Part shown: positions 9,670 to 19,313 of the stretch, piece by piece
Numbering within the stretch: the stretch's first letter is position 1
How the letters are laid out: each line of letters begins with the position of its first letter
Assembly (NCBI GenBank): GCA_963664395.2
Contig: OY761159.2
Coordinates: forward strand, 3,104,001 to 3,168,000
Reading direction: 5' to 3'
Origin: Candidatus Binatia bacterium
Lineage (GTDB): Bacteria; Desulfobacterota; Binatia; Bin18
DNA: 64,000 nt
Program-made: the position numbers and the translations under genes
The notes under the pieces: model-generated
Told to the model about the DNA's origin: nothing
Database searches by the model: none
The model's input: only the letters and a program-made list of their open reading frames with translations

Positions 9670-10821
9670 TTATACGTTCAGTCCATAAAAACGGATGGCA
9701 TTCTCGCCCAGCACTTTGCGTTGGTCTGCCTGGGGTAACGGCGCAATGCGTTCCTTGAGCTCTTTGACCACCCCAAAGTCCGCATCAATATGCGGATAGT
9801 CTGATGCCCACAGAAAATAGTCGGCGCCAATATGCTCGATGACCTTGGCGGTCAGCGTCTCATCCGGGTCTGCCGATACCAGGCATTGGCGGTAGAAATA
9901 CTCACTTGGCAGCATCTTGAGACTGGTCCGACTGGCCATGGGGCGATATTTGTGATCCAGCCGATCCAGCCAGGCGGAGATCCAGTTGGCGCCAGACTCC
10001 AACACGCTACATTTCAGACGCGGGTACTTCTCAAACATGCCGAGCGACATCATCTGGGTGAAGGCGGCCATGACATCAATGGCCAGAAAGGCAAAATTGA
10101 ACAAGCCAAAATCTGCGCCTGGTCTGATCCACTCTCGAAACGAGGGCTTATCGCGTACGACGACATGAAAGCCGATTGGCAGCTCTAAATCCTGCACCGT
10201 CTCCCAAAAACGGACAAATGCCGGATCATCAAAATGCTTACCGCCCCGCGCCGGCATATCCGGCGACAGGTACACGCCCACACAGCCGTTTTCTTTGGCC
10301 CATTTGGTTTCTTCGACCGCACCTTCCGGGTCAAGGAGCGAAATATGAGCAATGGGAAAGAGTCGTGTGGGGTGGTCGCTGCAGAAGTCGATGATCCACC
10401 GGTTATAGGCGCGGGTATAGGCCGAGGCGAGTGCGGCTTCATTGATCCAGCCTTCCCAGAATATCCCAATAGTCGGATACAACAGGGCAGCATCAATCTG
10501 CTCCTCATCCATAACCTTGATGCGGGCAGTCGGGTCGTAACTGCCTGGGGGGGCACCATCCGCATACGTCCGTTCGCCTGGGGTGAAGAAGGCTGCGAGT
10601 TCTTCGGTATCGGAACCAACACCGCCAATTGCGCCGAGCGTGCCCCGCACGGTCTCGCACGGCTTATTGTCGAATAACAACACCTCCCAGCCATTCTCAT
10701 CGTGATCCAGGCGCACGGCCCGGTCGCGGTATTTGGGGTCAATGTATTTTTGCCAGGTATCCAAAGGCTCCAGGACATGCCCGTCTGCATCGACAATCGG
10801 TCCACCCTTCGATGTGCTCAT
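9670..10821 (-). CDS. Amidohydrolase_2 family protein
   Basis: DADGH, LYPT, LESGANW, WASDYPH, ENAIRFY. Confidence 0.92.
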   Translation of the reverse strand: MSTSKGGPIVDADGHVLEPLDTWQKYIDPKYRDRAVRLDHDENGWEVLLFDNKPCETVRGTLGAIGGVGSDTEELAAFFTPGERTYADGAPPGSYDPTARIKVMDEEQIDAALLYPTIGIFWEGWINEAALASAYTRAYNRWIIDFCSDHPTRLFPIAHISLLDPEGAVEETKWAKENGCVGVYLSPDMPARGGKHFDDPAFVRFWETVQDLELPIGFHVVVRDKPSFREWIRPGADFGLFNFAFLAIDVMAAFTQMMSLGMFEKYPRLKCSVLESGANWISAWLDRLDHKYRPMASRTSLKMLPSEYFYRQCLVSADPDETLTAKVIEHIGADYFLWASDYPHIDADFGVVKELKERIAPLPQADQRKVLGENAIRFYGLNV

Positions 10822-10884
10822 CTGTTTCCTCCTTCTTTCAGTCTCGTCATAAGCGATTCAGTCGCAGCGAAACTGTTTCCTTAA

Positions 10885-13800
10885 CTATGTCTCCGCCCGA
10901 ATCTGCTCGTACACCTCTTTCAGCATATGGGTGCTGACCGCCTCGCGGAAGCTGTCCTCGTTCATAAACTTGGCGGTAATCGTTTCGTTTTGCTCCATGC
11001 GTTCAAAAAAGATGCCTTTGAGCGCCTTCTGGAAGACGAAGTCGAAATTTTCCAGCGTGTTTGCCCGAGCGGCCTGGCGCAGTTCATCACTACTCACGGC
11101 ATCCTCGCGGATGGACTCAAAGAAGAGTTGATCGCCAGGCTTAAACTCGGTACCGAAGCGGTCGTTCAAAATGTCGATGAGCATGGAAAGCTCAACTTTA
11201 TCCTCATGCGCTGTTCCAGTGCCCACATCTGTGGGGCCGGAGACGGGCTCTTGCTGTCCGGCATCCAGCGCAATCGAGCCTTCACTGATCTTTTGAAGAC
11301 GGAAGAACTTCAAGGCGACTTCATCATCGAAGTTGTAGACCGGCCCCCGGTCGCCCCTGGGCAGCTTGGTGAGTAGCAACCGGATATAGGAATACCGTTT
11401 CTCCAGGTCTGAGTCCTGGAACGGGATCACCTGGGCCATGAAGGCGTACAGATTCCGGAACGCGGTCAACTCCTTACGAAACTCCTCCCGAACGTCTTCT
11501 TCCAGTGCATTGAATCGTCCGACCGCGGGGTCGATACAGGCATTCAGGCGGGCGTGGTCCACAGGGGTCTGGTTGCGCTTCGGCTTGTAGAAGACACGGC
11601 AGAACTCTTCGACCTCCGCCTGGTAATAGACCTGACGCGCGTCGAGCTTCGCCTGGAGTTCATAGAGTTGCCGCACTTCCACCTGCTCGCCGATGACTGC
11701 CTGCTCGTAGTAGGGCTGGAAGGCGTCGCGAACTTCATCGGTCTCGTTTATAAAGTCGAGGACAAAGGTCTCTTCCTTGCCGGGCGCCGTGCGGTTGAGG
11801 CGTGACAGCGTTTGCACGGCCTGAATACCGGCGAGGCGCTTGTCTACATACATGGTGTGCAGGAGTGGCTGGTTGAAACCGGTCTGATATTTCTCAGCGA
11901 CGATCAGGATTTGGTACTCGTCTTTGCCGAACCGTTCCGGCAACTCCTTTTCCTTGATGTGTTTACCCTTATCGTCCACGTTCATCCCGACTTCGGTATA
12001 CTCCACGCCGGGCACGTCGGGGTCCGTGACTGTGCCGCTGAAGGCCACCAGCGTCTTGATGTCCTGATAGCCCTTGTCCGCAATATACGCATCGAAGGAC
12101 AGCTTATACTTGACGGCATGCAGGCGGCTAGCGGTAACCACCATGGCCTTGGCCCTGCCGCCGATCTTATGCCTGGTGAAGTGTCGGAAATGTTCGATCA
12201 TAACCTCTGTCTTCTGTGCCATGTTGTGCGGATGCAGGCTCATGAAGCGGGCCAGCGCTCGCGCAGCCTTACGCTTATCCACCTTGGGGTCGTCTTCAAT
12301 GGATTTGATCAGACGGTAGTAGGTTTTATAGGTCGTGTAGTTCTGGAGCACGTCGAGGATGAAGCCTTCGTCAATGGCCTGCCGCATGCTGTACAGGTGG
12401 AAGGGCTCGGGTTTGCCGTCTGCGCCGGGTTGGCCGAAGACTTTCAGGGTTTTGTACTTGGGCGTGGCAGTGAACGCGAAAAAGCTGATATTGGGCTGCT
12501 TACCGCGCTTGAGCATGGTCTTGACGATCTCTTCTTCATGATCAAGAAGCCCGTGCTGCTTCCTGTATTCCTGGGCCGCTTCCTTCACATGAGCTTCGGC
12601 AAGGACACCCTTCATCTCGGTTGCCGTCTCTCCGCCCTGGGAGCTGTGCGCTTCGTCGATGATGACGGCGTACTTCCTCTTGCCCAGCCCACCCATTTTC
12701 TCGGTTGCATAGGGAAACTTCTGCAAGGTGGTGATGATGATGGGTACGCCCTTTGAGAGCGCATCGGCGAGTTGAGCCGAGTTGGTGTCAATCTTCTGTA
12801 CGACGCCTTGTTTGTGTTCAAACTGGTAGATGGTGTTCTGGAGTTGCTGGTCAAGAACTACGCGGTCGGTCACGACGATGACCGAGTCGTAGACTTTCTC
12901 GTCTTTATCCGTGTAGAGCGTTGCCAAGCGGTGAGCGAGCCAGGCGATGGAATTGGATTTGCCGCTGCCGGCTGAATGCTGGACGAGGTAGTTGTTACCG
13001 GTTCCGTTATCGCGGGCGTGGCGAACCATCTCACGCACGCAATCGAGTTGGTGATAGCGGGGGAAGATCATCGTTTCTCGCTTGACCCGCTTTCCATTGA
13101 TATTCTTTTCGTCAACTTGAAGGTGGATGAAGCGGTGCAGGATATCGAGGAGGCTATGCCGTTCCAACATACGCTCCCAAAGATAGGCAGTCTTATACCC
13201 GTCCGGGTTGTCCGGGTTGCCCGCCCCACCACGGCCCCGGTTAAAGGGCAGAAACCGGGTATTCTTCCCGTCGAGGTGGGTAGTCATATGGACCTCGTCA
13301 GTATCCACCGCAAAGTGGACGAGCGCGCGTTTTTTGAACTGGAGGAGCAGGTCGGTGGGGTCGCGGTCGGTCTTATACTGATGAATGGCATTGCGCCACG
13401 TCTGTCCGGTCATGGGGTTCTTGAGTTCCAGCGTGGCGACCGGGATGCCGTTCAGCGCCAGCGTCACATCGAGCGTGTTGTTGTGCTTGGGCGAATAGGG
13501 TAACTGCCGGATGACAGCGAGATCGTTGGCTTGGTAAAGCGCCTGCGTTTCGGGGTTCATCCCACTGGCCGGCGCAAAATATGCGACCCGAAACAGTTTG
13601 CCGAAACACTTGAAGCCGTGGCGCAGCACGGCAAGACAGCCTTCGTGGTCCGAATCCAGCGCCCGGCACAACGCGTCGAGCAGCGTGGTTTCAGCGCTGT
13701 CCTTCTGGATGTCTGCCAGGTACTTCCATTCCTTGGGCTGTGATTGCTTGATGAAGGCCAAAACGTCCTGGGCAAAAATGCCCCGATCCAGGTCGAAGGC

Positions 13801-13890
13801 GTCACGTCCGCCCGTGCGGTAGCCGCCCGTGGTGGTCAGAGAGTGTTCAATGGCGGTTTCAAAGGCGTGTTCGGTGTGTTGGCAGGGCAT
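10885..13890 (-). CDS. hsdR: Type I restriction endonuclease subunit R
   Basis: D..L.LNGIP.ATLELK nuclease motif, Walker A HSAGSGKS, DEAH, FTATP, QTLSRLNR; start overlaps the hsdS stop. Confidence 0.95.
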   Translation of the reverse strand: MPCQHTEHAFETAIEHSLTTTGGYRTGGRDAFDLDRGIFAQDVLAFIKQSQPKEWKYLADIQKDSAETTLLDALCRALDSDHEGCLAVLRHGFKCFGKLFRVAYFAPASGMNPETQALYQANDLAVIRQLPYSPKHNNTLDVTLALNGIPVATLELKNPMTGQTWRNAIHQYKTDRDPTDLLLQFKKRALVHFAVDTDEVHMTTHLDGKNTRFLPFNRGRGGAGNPDNPDGYKTAYLWERMLERHSLLDILHRFIHLQVDEKNINGKRVKRETMIFPRYHQLDCVREMVRHARDNGTGNNYLVQHSAGSGKSNSIAWLAHRLATLYTDKDEKVYDSVIVVTDRVVLDQQLQNTIYQFEHKQGVVQKIDTNSAQLADALSKGVPIIITTLQKFPYATEKMGGLGKRKYAVIIDEAHSSQGGETATEMKGVLAEAHVKEAAQEYRKQHGLLDHEEEIVKTMLKRGKQPNISFFAFTATPKYKTLKVFGQPGADGKPEPFHLYSMRQAIDEGFILDVLQNYTTYKTYYRLIKSIEDDPKVDKRKAARALARFMSLHPHNMAQKTEVMIEHFRHFTRHKIGGRAKAMVVTASRLHAVKYKLSFDAYIADKGYQDIKTLVAFSGTVTDPDVPGVEYTEVGMNVDDKGKHIKEKELPERFGKDEYQILIVAEKYQTGFNQPLLHTMYVDKRLAGIQAVQTLSRLNRTAPGKEETFVLDFINETDEVRDAFQPYYEQAVIGEQVEVRQLYELQAKLDARQVYYQAEVEEFCRVFYKPKRNQTPVDHARLNACIDPAVGRFNALEEDVREEFRKELTAFRNLYAFMAQVIPFQDSDLEKRYSYIRLLLTKLPRGDRGPVYNFDDEVALKFFRLQKISEGSIALDAGQQEPVSGPTDVGTGTAHEDKVELSMLIDILNDRFGTEFKPGDQLFFESIREDAVSSDELRQAARANTLENFDFVFQKALKGIFFERMEQNETITAKFMNEDSFREAVSTHMLKEVYEQIRAET

Positions 13891-15152
13891 CAGGCAGCTT
13901 CCTTGCAAACGTCGATTTTGCCGGTGACCGTGGCGGAGATGAGGGAGGTGCGGTATTCTTGTAGAAGTTGTATTGCTCTCTCAATAATTGGCACAATACG
14001 GCGCTCAAAATACACATGAGCAGAGACACGTGATTGAGTCTCCAGAGGCGGCACTGGAATAGATTCTTTCAATAGTGTGCCTGCATTAAGTGGACGATTA
14101 CGGCCTGCTGCACCTCGGGAGTGTTCGTTCAGTAAAAAGTCTCCGGTCTTCGTAGTAAGGAAGGCGAACAAGTATGCCGTCTCCATCATCCCAGGTTTCC
14201 CGCGAAGAATTGGGTAGCGGTGCGTAGCTACGCAACCTTTGTCTTTCTCGCGGGTAAGAGCGACAGCACCTTCCCAAGCGAATTGTCCGCTAAGAATCAG
14301 GTCATCAGAATCTAGCCAGAAAAAGCTGGAGTCACCAAGTTCGGCCCCTGCGGTTGGCTCCTTGTGAAAGATTCCTCGCCCCCAGTTATATAAGCCAACA
14401 GGGGTGTATGTATCATCGTCTTTTCTCGGAATAGGGCGAAAGATTTGATCTGCAACATGCCCTATACGCATGGTGCGGGTTGATGAATTGTGGATAGCGT
14501 CGTGGATGAGGGCTGTGCGTTTTTCTTGAAGCAGTTCAATTTGTCGTTGCTTCTTTTCGATTAGGGAGTCAATTCGTGTGGTTTCGCGGTCGAGGTAAGC
14601 GGCGATGCGTTGCTGTTCATCCTCATCGGGGTAAGCAAAACATTCCGATAGGTATGAATTTTGATCTAAGTTCTGGATTCCGGTTGTCTGTTTTATATGC
14701 TTGTAATTGATACGGATTGTATAAAGGTATGCATTGAAATAAACCAAATATCGACTACTGAACCCTTCATGAATTCTCAATCTTGCAATGAAGTTGGAGC
14801 AAACTGCCGGAAGGCTGTATTCAAAGGATACAACTTGACCGACTAGCTGTTTCTCCCCTCCACCAGATTTTTCCAGCAATAAATCTCCCGGGATAAGGTT
14901 GCGCGCTCGAAAGTCGGACTGAGCGATCTTCCTTTCTGTCCGACCTTTCAAGCTTACTCGATAATTATGACGTAGAAAATCCGCGACTCGAATGCAGGCT
15001 GTATCGTTTATACCGTCTGGGTCAGAACCCCAAACTCCGTTTGTGCAGCTTGCTATGGCATCTTTTATTTTTCCTATTCGCCAATGGTCTGGGATATTCC
15101 CCAGCCATTCGATGCCGGAAGGTATGTAAGCGGGATAGCTGCACCGATTCAT
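13890..15152 (-). CDS. hsdS: Type I R-M specificity subunit S
   Basis: SGIEWLGNIPDHW, EQQRIAAYLD...LLQEKRTALI, EYRTSLISATVTGKIDV; two TRDs. Confidence 0.93.
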   Translation of the reverse strand: MNRCSYPAYIPSGIEWLGNIPDHWRIGKIKDAIASCTNGVWGSDPDGINDTACIRVADFLRHNYRVSLKGRTERKIAQSDFRARNLIPGDLLLEKSGGGEKQLVGQVVSFEYSLPAVCSNFIARLRIHEGFSSRYLVYFNAYLYTIRINYKHIKQTTGIQNLDQNSYLSECFAYPDEDEQQRIAAYLDRETTRIDSLIEKKQRQIELLQEKRTALIHDAIHNSSTRTMRIGHVADQIFRPIPRKDDDTYTPVGLYNWGRGIFHKEPTAGAELGDSSFFWLDSDDLILSGQFAWEGAVALTREKDKGCVATHRYPILRGKPGMMETAYLFAFLTTKTGDFLLNEHSRGAAGRNRPLNAGTLLKESIPVPPLETQSRVSAHVYFERRIVPIIERAIQLLQEYRTSLISATVTGKIDVCKEAA

Positions 15153-15221
15153 TCGTGGTTCTCTCCGTCCCTAATGGTATGCCAGGATATGGTATGACCG
15201 TCCTAGTCACCACCCCGCCCA

Positions 15222-15247
15222 GGGCAACCACGGGGGGTTGCCCCTAC
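15222..15247. repeat. Single REP family A copy between RAYT and hsdS
   Basis: gggcaaccacggggggttgcccctac (hairpin plus CTAC, i.e. GTAG on the minus strand). Confidence 0.8.
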
Positions 15248-15284
15248 ATGGGAATTGCGGGACGGGGGACGATGAGTAGGTATT

Positions 15285-15956
15285 TCATACCATCCATTCC
15301 TCCACGGCATATTCCGCCGTGTGCTCCCAGACCTTATTGGCCGGTCCCGACGGTGGATGGTACAAACGGTCTAATTCCCATTTTGCCGGATTCGTGCTGA
15401 TGTATTCACGAATGCGGTGTAATTCCCGTTCGTTGCGGACAACGTGTTCCCAATAATTGCGCTGCCATAATCGGCCAGGAAACGGTTTCCACCCGTGGTG
15501 TTTGACGCCATCCGCATATCGTTTCGTGGTCAACGTTTTCAACCGATGCACCACATCCGGCAACGCCATTGTAGGGGCAACCCCCTGTGGTTGCCCGGCG
15601 GGGGGCGGTTGTTCTCGGGGCATACGGTGGGGCGGGCAGGCACGGGGGCCTGCCCCTACATGGAGCGGGGGCGGTCCCGTATCGGGTGGTCGAATGGTGA
15701 TGGTGCCGTGAATGTGGTTTGGCATAATGATGAATGTGTCTGTTTCAATGCCGGGGTAATTTATCGGCAACTCATCCCATACACCCTGCACCATCTGCCC
15801 TGCATCGTTCAACACCATTTCACCCTCCACAATATCGCCAAACAGACATTCGTGGTTTTGAGTGCAGATAGTGACAAAATACGCTCCTGGCTGTGAATAA
15901 TCGTAGCCCTGCAAACGGATGGAACGACGGTGATGTTTGGCCTGACCGTGTGTCAT
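15285..15956 (-). CDS. REP-associated tyrosine transposase (RAYT, Y1/HUH superfamily), complete
   Basis: RRSIRLQGYDYSQPGAYFVTICT, MPNHIHG (HUH), LWQRNYWEHVVR, IREYISTNPAKW (catalytic Tyr). Confidence 0.93.
   Translation of the reverse strand: MTHGQAKHHRRSIRLQGYDYSQPGAYFVTICTQNHECLFGDIVEGEMVLNDAGQMVQGVWDELPINYPGIETDTFIIMPNHIHGTITIRPPDTGPPPLHVGAGPRACPPHRMPREQPPPAGQPQGVAPTMALPDVVHRLKTLTTKRYADGVKHHGWKPFPGRLWQRNYWEHVVRNERELHRIREYISTNPAKWELDRLYHPPSGPANKVWEHTAEYAVEEWMV
15571..15659. repeat. Inverted REP doublet (REPIN-like) inside the RAYT coding sequence
   Basis: gtaggggcaaccccctgtggttgccc ... gggcaggcacgggggcctgcccctac; read in frame as VGAGPRACP...GQPQGVAPT. Confidence 0.88.
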
Positions 15957-16031
15957 TCAATCCCTTGCTCGATGTTGCCAACCACGTGTTTCGGCTAATC
16001 TCTTACGGAATAGAAGCGTGTCAGGAGTCAT
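15957..16031 (-). pseudogene. 24-aa mini-ORF, probable internally deleted gene
   Basis: ATGA overlap with the hsdM stop, and its TGA abuts the RAYT ATG; MTPDTLLFR|KRLAETRGWQHRARD. Confidence 0.55.
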
Positions 16032-18457
16032 GCCTGACTTTCTCTCATCCGCTGAATCTGTGTTCCTATCCAATCCCAGTCTTCCGCATTATCAAGGTTC
16101 AACATGCATGAGTCGTTGGTATCAGTCTCCATGTTCAGCGCGTGCCACCCACCGACATGGTTTCCGAGATCAACTCGCAACGAGACTTCGTTCCGCTTGA
16201 GCGACCATTCCACCTGAACGCCCCCCTCTTCTGTTGGATATAGGTATGGGAGCGGCAGATTTTCGGGATAATGATCGTTGAATACTCGTGAGAGCCAATC
16301 CAACCCCTCGTGCGGTGGCGCCAACCCATTGCCCTCAAGCCAGCCGTTTTTCATCAAGCGTAAATCATCCAGTCGTGCGGAGATGTCCAAGGGATCATGA
16401 ATGTTCACGTGCTCGGCAGTCTCTTCGGTCCGTTCCTCTTCTGTCACCTCTACCAACATTGCAGCGATTTCAGATTCGATCTTTTTCAGGTCACCTTCAA
16501 TCTCATCCAACGGGCGCGGTGGCTGATACGTGTAGAAATAGCGGTTGAAGTTGATCTCGTAGCCAATCTTGGTCTTCGATTCGTCCATCCAGGCATCGGG
16601 TACGTGTGGCAGGACTTCCCGTTCCATGTACGCTGTCACGTCTTCTTTGAGCAGCACGTTTTCGTAGTCGCGCAGTTCCGGGTCCGGTTCCGGGTTGCCC
16701 TTGGGGTCGAGGCATATGTCCGCGGTCTCGTCCCGCTCGGCCAGCGCGCCAAGGATCACCTTGGTGAGCGCGGTTGGGATTTTCAACCTGGCGTCCTTGA
16801 AGCAAGCGTTCATTAGGCCAGCGAACTCGTCTCGGTTTCTGATTACGCCTTTCGTCGCCAAGCCGTCTAGCGCGGACAGGATGGACTTTTGAAGTTTCAG
16901 GCCCGCCGCAATCTCGGCCTGAGCAGCCTTGCTATCTTTACGTTTCTTGCTGGTCGCCAGTTTTTGAAAGGCTGGCGTCTGCTTCAGACGTTCGAGGCGC
17001 TCTTCGTCCACGGTAAAATTCTGTCTCAGTGGCCGCTCGACGGCGATGCGCCGATAACCGAAGTCTGTATTATCAAATACTCGAACGTGCTCCCCTTCGG
17101 TCAGAGCACCGTACAGTCGTGTAATGGCGTCGCGCTGTTCGGCGGAGACTTCGTTGCGCTTGTTGCCCAGGGACTTCCGCATTTTCTTGAAAAAACTCGT
17201 CGCGTTTACGAGCTGAATCCTGCCCTTACGGCCGGCAGCTTTGCGGTTGGTTACAATCCACAGGTAGGTGTAAATACCGGTGTTGTAGAAGAGTTGGCCA
17301 GGCAGGGCGACGATGGCTTCAAGCCAGTCGTTCTCAATAATCCAGCGCCGGATTTCGCTCTCACCCGAACCGGCACTGCCGGTAAAGAGCGGCGAGCCGT
17401 TGAAGACGATGGCCAGGCGCGTCCCGCCGTTTTCGGGTGATTTCATCTTGCTGAGCATGTGTTGCAGGAACAACAGCGACCCGTCGTTGATGCGCGGGAG
17501 CCCTGCACCGAAACGCCCGCCGAATCCCTGTTCCTCGTGTTCGATTTTGATGTGGTCGGCTTCGGGCTTCCACTCCACGCCAAAAGGTGGATTGGCGAGC
17601 ATGTAGTCGAACGTTTTTCCGACAAAGTGGTCATTGGTAAAGCTGTCGCCAAGGGCAAGATGGTCAATGTCCTGGCCCTTGATCATCATGTCCGACCCGC
17701 ACACGGCAAAGGACTGGTCGTTGTAGTCCTGGCCGAAGGCTTCAAGCCGGGCGTCCGGGTTGAGTTCCCGCAGGTACTCCTCGGAGACGGACAGCATACC
17801 GCCGGTGCCGCAGGCTGGGTCGAGTAAGGTTTTCACGATGCCCCTGGTCGTCAGCACATCGCCGTCGGGCAGGAAGAGCAAATTCACCATGAGGCGGATC
17901 ACTTCGCGCGGCGTAAAATGGTCGCCGGCTTTCTCATTCGCCACTTCATTGAACCTGCGGATCAACTCTTCGAAGATGTAGCCCATCTCGACGTTCGAGA
18001 CGGTATCGGGATGCAGATCAATTTCACAAAACTTGGAGACGATCAAATAGAGGCGGTCTGCTTTGTCTTTGTCGAGCTTTGCGATCTCCTCCTCAAAACC
18101 GAAGTGCCCGATAATGCCGAGGGCACGCGCCGAGAAACCCTTAATATAATTGGTCAGGTTCGCGGCGATGTTATCGGGGTCACCCTTGAGTTTTTCAAAA
18201 GTGTAGCGGCTGGTGTTGTAGAATGGGACACCCGTGATGTGGGTCAGCTTTGCTTCGAGGATACCCTTCCCCTTGTCTGCCCATTGCTTCTCTGCTTTAA
18301 GCACAGCGTCCTTGGTCGGCTCCAACACGCAGTCGAGCCGCCGCAGGACGGTCAGCGGAAGCATGACGTCTTTGTATTGATTCGGATGATATGGGCCACG
18401 CAGGAGATTGGCGACCGACCAGATGAAGCTGGTTTTTTCGCTAAAGTTATCGGCCAC
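16028..18457 (-). CDS. hsdM: Type I R-M methyltransferase subunit M with an extra ~130-aa C-terminal domain
   Basis: HFTPREVI, DPACGTGGML, ANPPFG (N6-adenine motif IV), GYEINFNRYFY, followed by a non-HsdM tail. Confidence 0.95.
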   Translation of the reverse strand: MADNFSEKTSFIWSVANLLRGPYHPNQYKDVMLPLTVLRRLDCVLEPTKDAVLKAEKQWADKGKGILEAKLTHITGVPFYNTSRYTFEKLKGDPDNIAANLTNYIKGFSARALGIIGHFGFEEEIAKLDKDKADRLYLIVSKFCEIDLHPDTVSNVEMGYIFEELIRRFNEVANEKAGDHFTPREVIRLMVNLLFLPDGDVLTTRGIVKTLLDPACGTGGMLSVSEEYLRELNPDARLEAFGQDYNDQSFAVCGSDMMIKGQDIDHLALGDSFTNDHFVGKTFDYMLANPPFGVEWKPEADHIKIEHEEQGFGGRFGAGLPRINDGSLLFLQHMLSKMKSPENGGTRLAIVFNGSPLFTGSAGSGESEIRRWIIENDWLEAIVALPGQLFYNTGIYTYLWIVTNRKAAGRKGRIQLVNATSFFKKMRKSLGNKRNEVSAEQRDAITRLYGALTEGEHVRVFDNTDFGYRRIAVERPLRQNFTVDEERLERLKQTPAFQKLATSKKRKDSKAAQAEIAAGLKLQKSILSALDGLATKGVIRNRDEFAGLMNACFKDARLKIPTALTKVILGALAERDETADICLDPKGNPEPDPELRDYENVLLKEDVTAYMEREVLPHVPDAWMDESKTKIGYEINFNRYFYTYQPPRPLDEIEGDLKKIESEIAAMLVEVTEEERTEETAEHVNIHDPLDISARLDDLRLMKNGWLEGNGLAPPHEGLDWLSRVFNDHYPENLPLPYLYPTEEGGVQVEWSLKRNEVSLRVDLGNHVGGWHALNMETDTNDSCMLNLDNAEDWDWIGTQIQRMRESQA

Positions 18458-18508
18458 GGTTATGCTCCCTTGATTGTCATAAGCGAAGGTTCGACGGCTC
18501 AGCCGCAG

Positions 18509-19177
18509 CTACTCCCGAGAAAACGGTGTTCCCCAGGTATCCGCAAACGCCAACTCTTCTACCGACCGGCGCGAGATCGGCCCATGCCCGCGCAGGATGG
18601 GATAGCCAATCGGCACGACCGCCGCCGTTCCCCACGGGTCGGGAATCCCCAAGAGGGTGCGCACCTCCGGTTCTTCCATACACAGCAGCGTCGTAATCAC
18701 ACATCCCAGACCCTCGGCTCGGCAGGCCAGCAGGAGGTTTTCTACCGCTGGATAGATCGACCCGCCGCCAACAACGGACAGTCGGTCAAGCTTCGCGTCG
18801 GTGACGGCCAGCCCTTCCGGGTTAAAACACACGACCAGCAGCACCGGGGACTCTCCAAAATGTTCCGCCAGGTAGTCGCTGGCGCGAATCGTCCGCTCGG
18901 CTTTTCGCCGTTCCTCCTCGGGGGCACCGGCCAGCCGCTCCATATACGATTTGGTATAGGGAAGCGTGACCTGCTTATACAATTCGCCCAGACGTTGTTT
19001 GCGTGCCGGGTCTTTGACCACGATGATGCGCCAGGCCTGGCGGTTGCCGCCGGACGGCGCCCAGGTGGCGGCCTCCAATACTCGGTACAGCACGTCTTCT
19101 GGAATCGGGTCCGGGCGCAGCCGCCGTACGGCGCGTAGGGTCCGCATCGCTTCGTAGAGATCAATCGCCGTCATCAT
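18509..19177 (-). CDS. Nitroreductase family protein
   Basis: RAVRR, APSGGNRQAW, SIYPAVENLLLACRAEGLG, PIGYP. Confidence 0.9.
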   Translation of the reverse strand: MMTAIDLYEAMRTLRAVRRLRPDPIPEDVLYRVLEAATWAPSGGNRQAWRIIVVKDPARKQRLGELYKQVTLPYTKSYMERLAGAPEEERRKAERTIRASDYLAEHFGESPVLLVVCFNPEGLAVTDAKLDRLSVVGGGSIYPAVENLLLACRAEGLGCVITTLLCMEEPEVRTLLGIPDPWGTAAVVPIGYPILRGHGPISRRSVEELAFADTWGTPFSRE

Positions 19178-19313
19178 ATCCTCCGGGTTGCTGCCTGGAC
19201 CTTCCGTGTCCAGGCGGTCGGCTCAGGTTTAGTGCTTATCCGGCAATTGCAAGGCGTTAATCGGATCATCCAGCGCGTTGAGCGGCAGTTTAAAGCGATC
19301 CTGCATGTGCGCC

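Noticed and set aside
19229-19306. 25-aa mini-ORF MQDRFKLPLNALDDPINALQLPDKH after the esterase
   Set aside because: Could be another deletion scar, but I cannot relate it to any family
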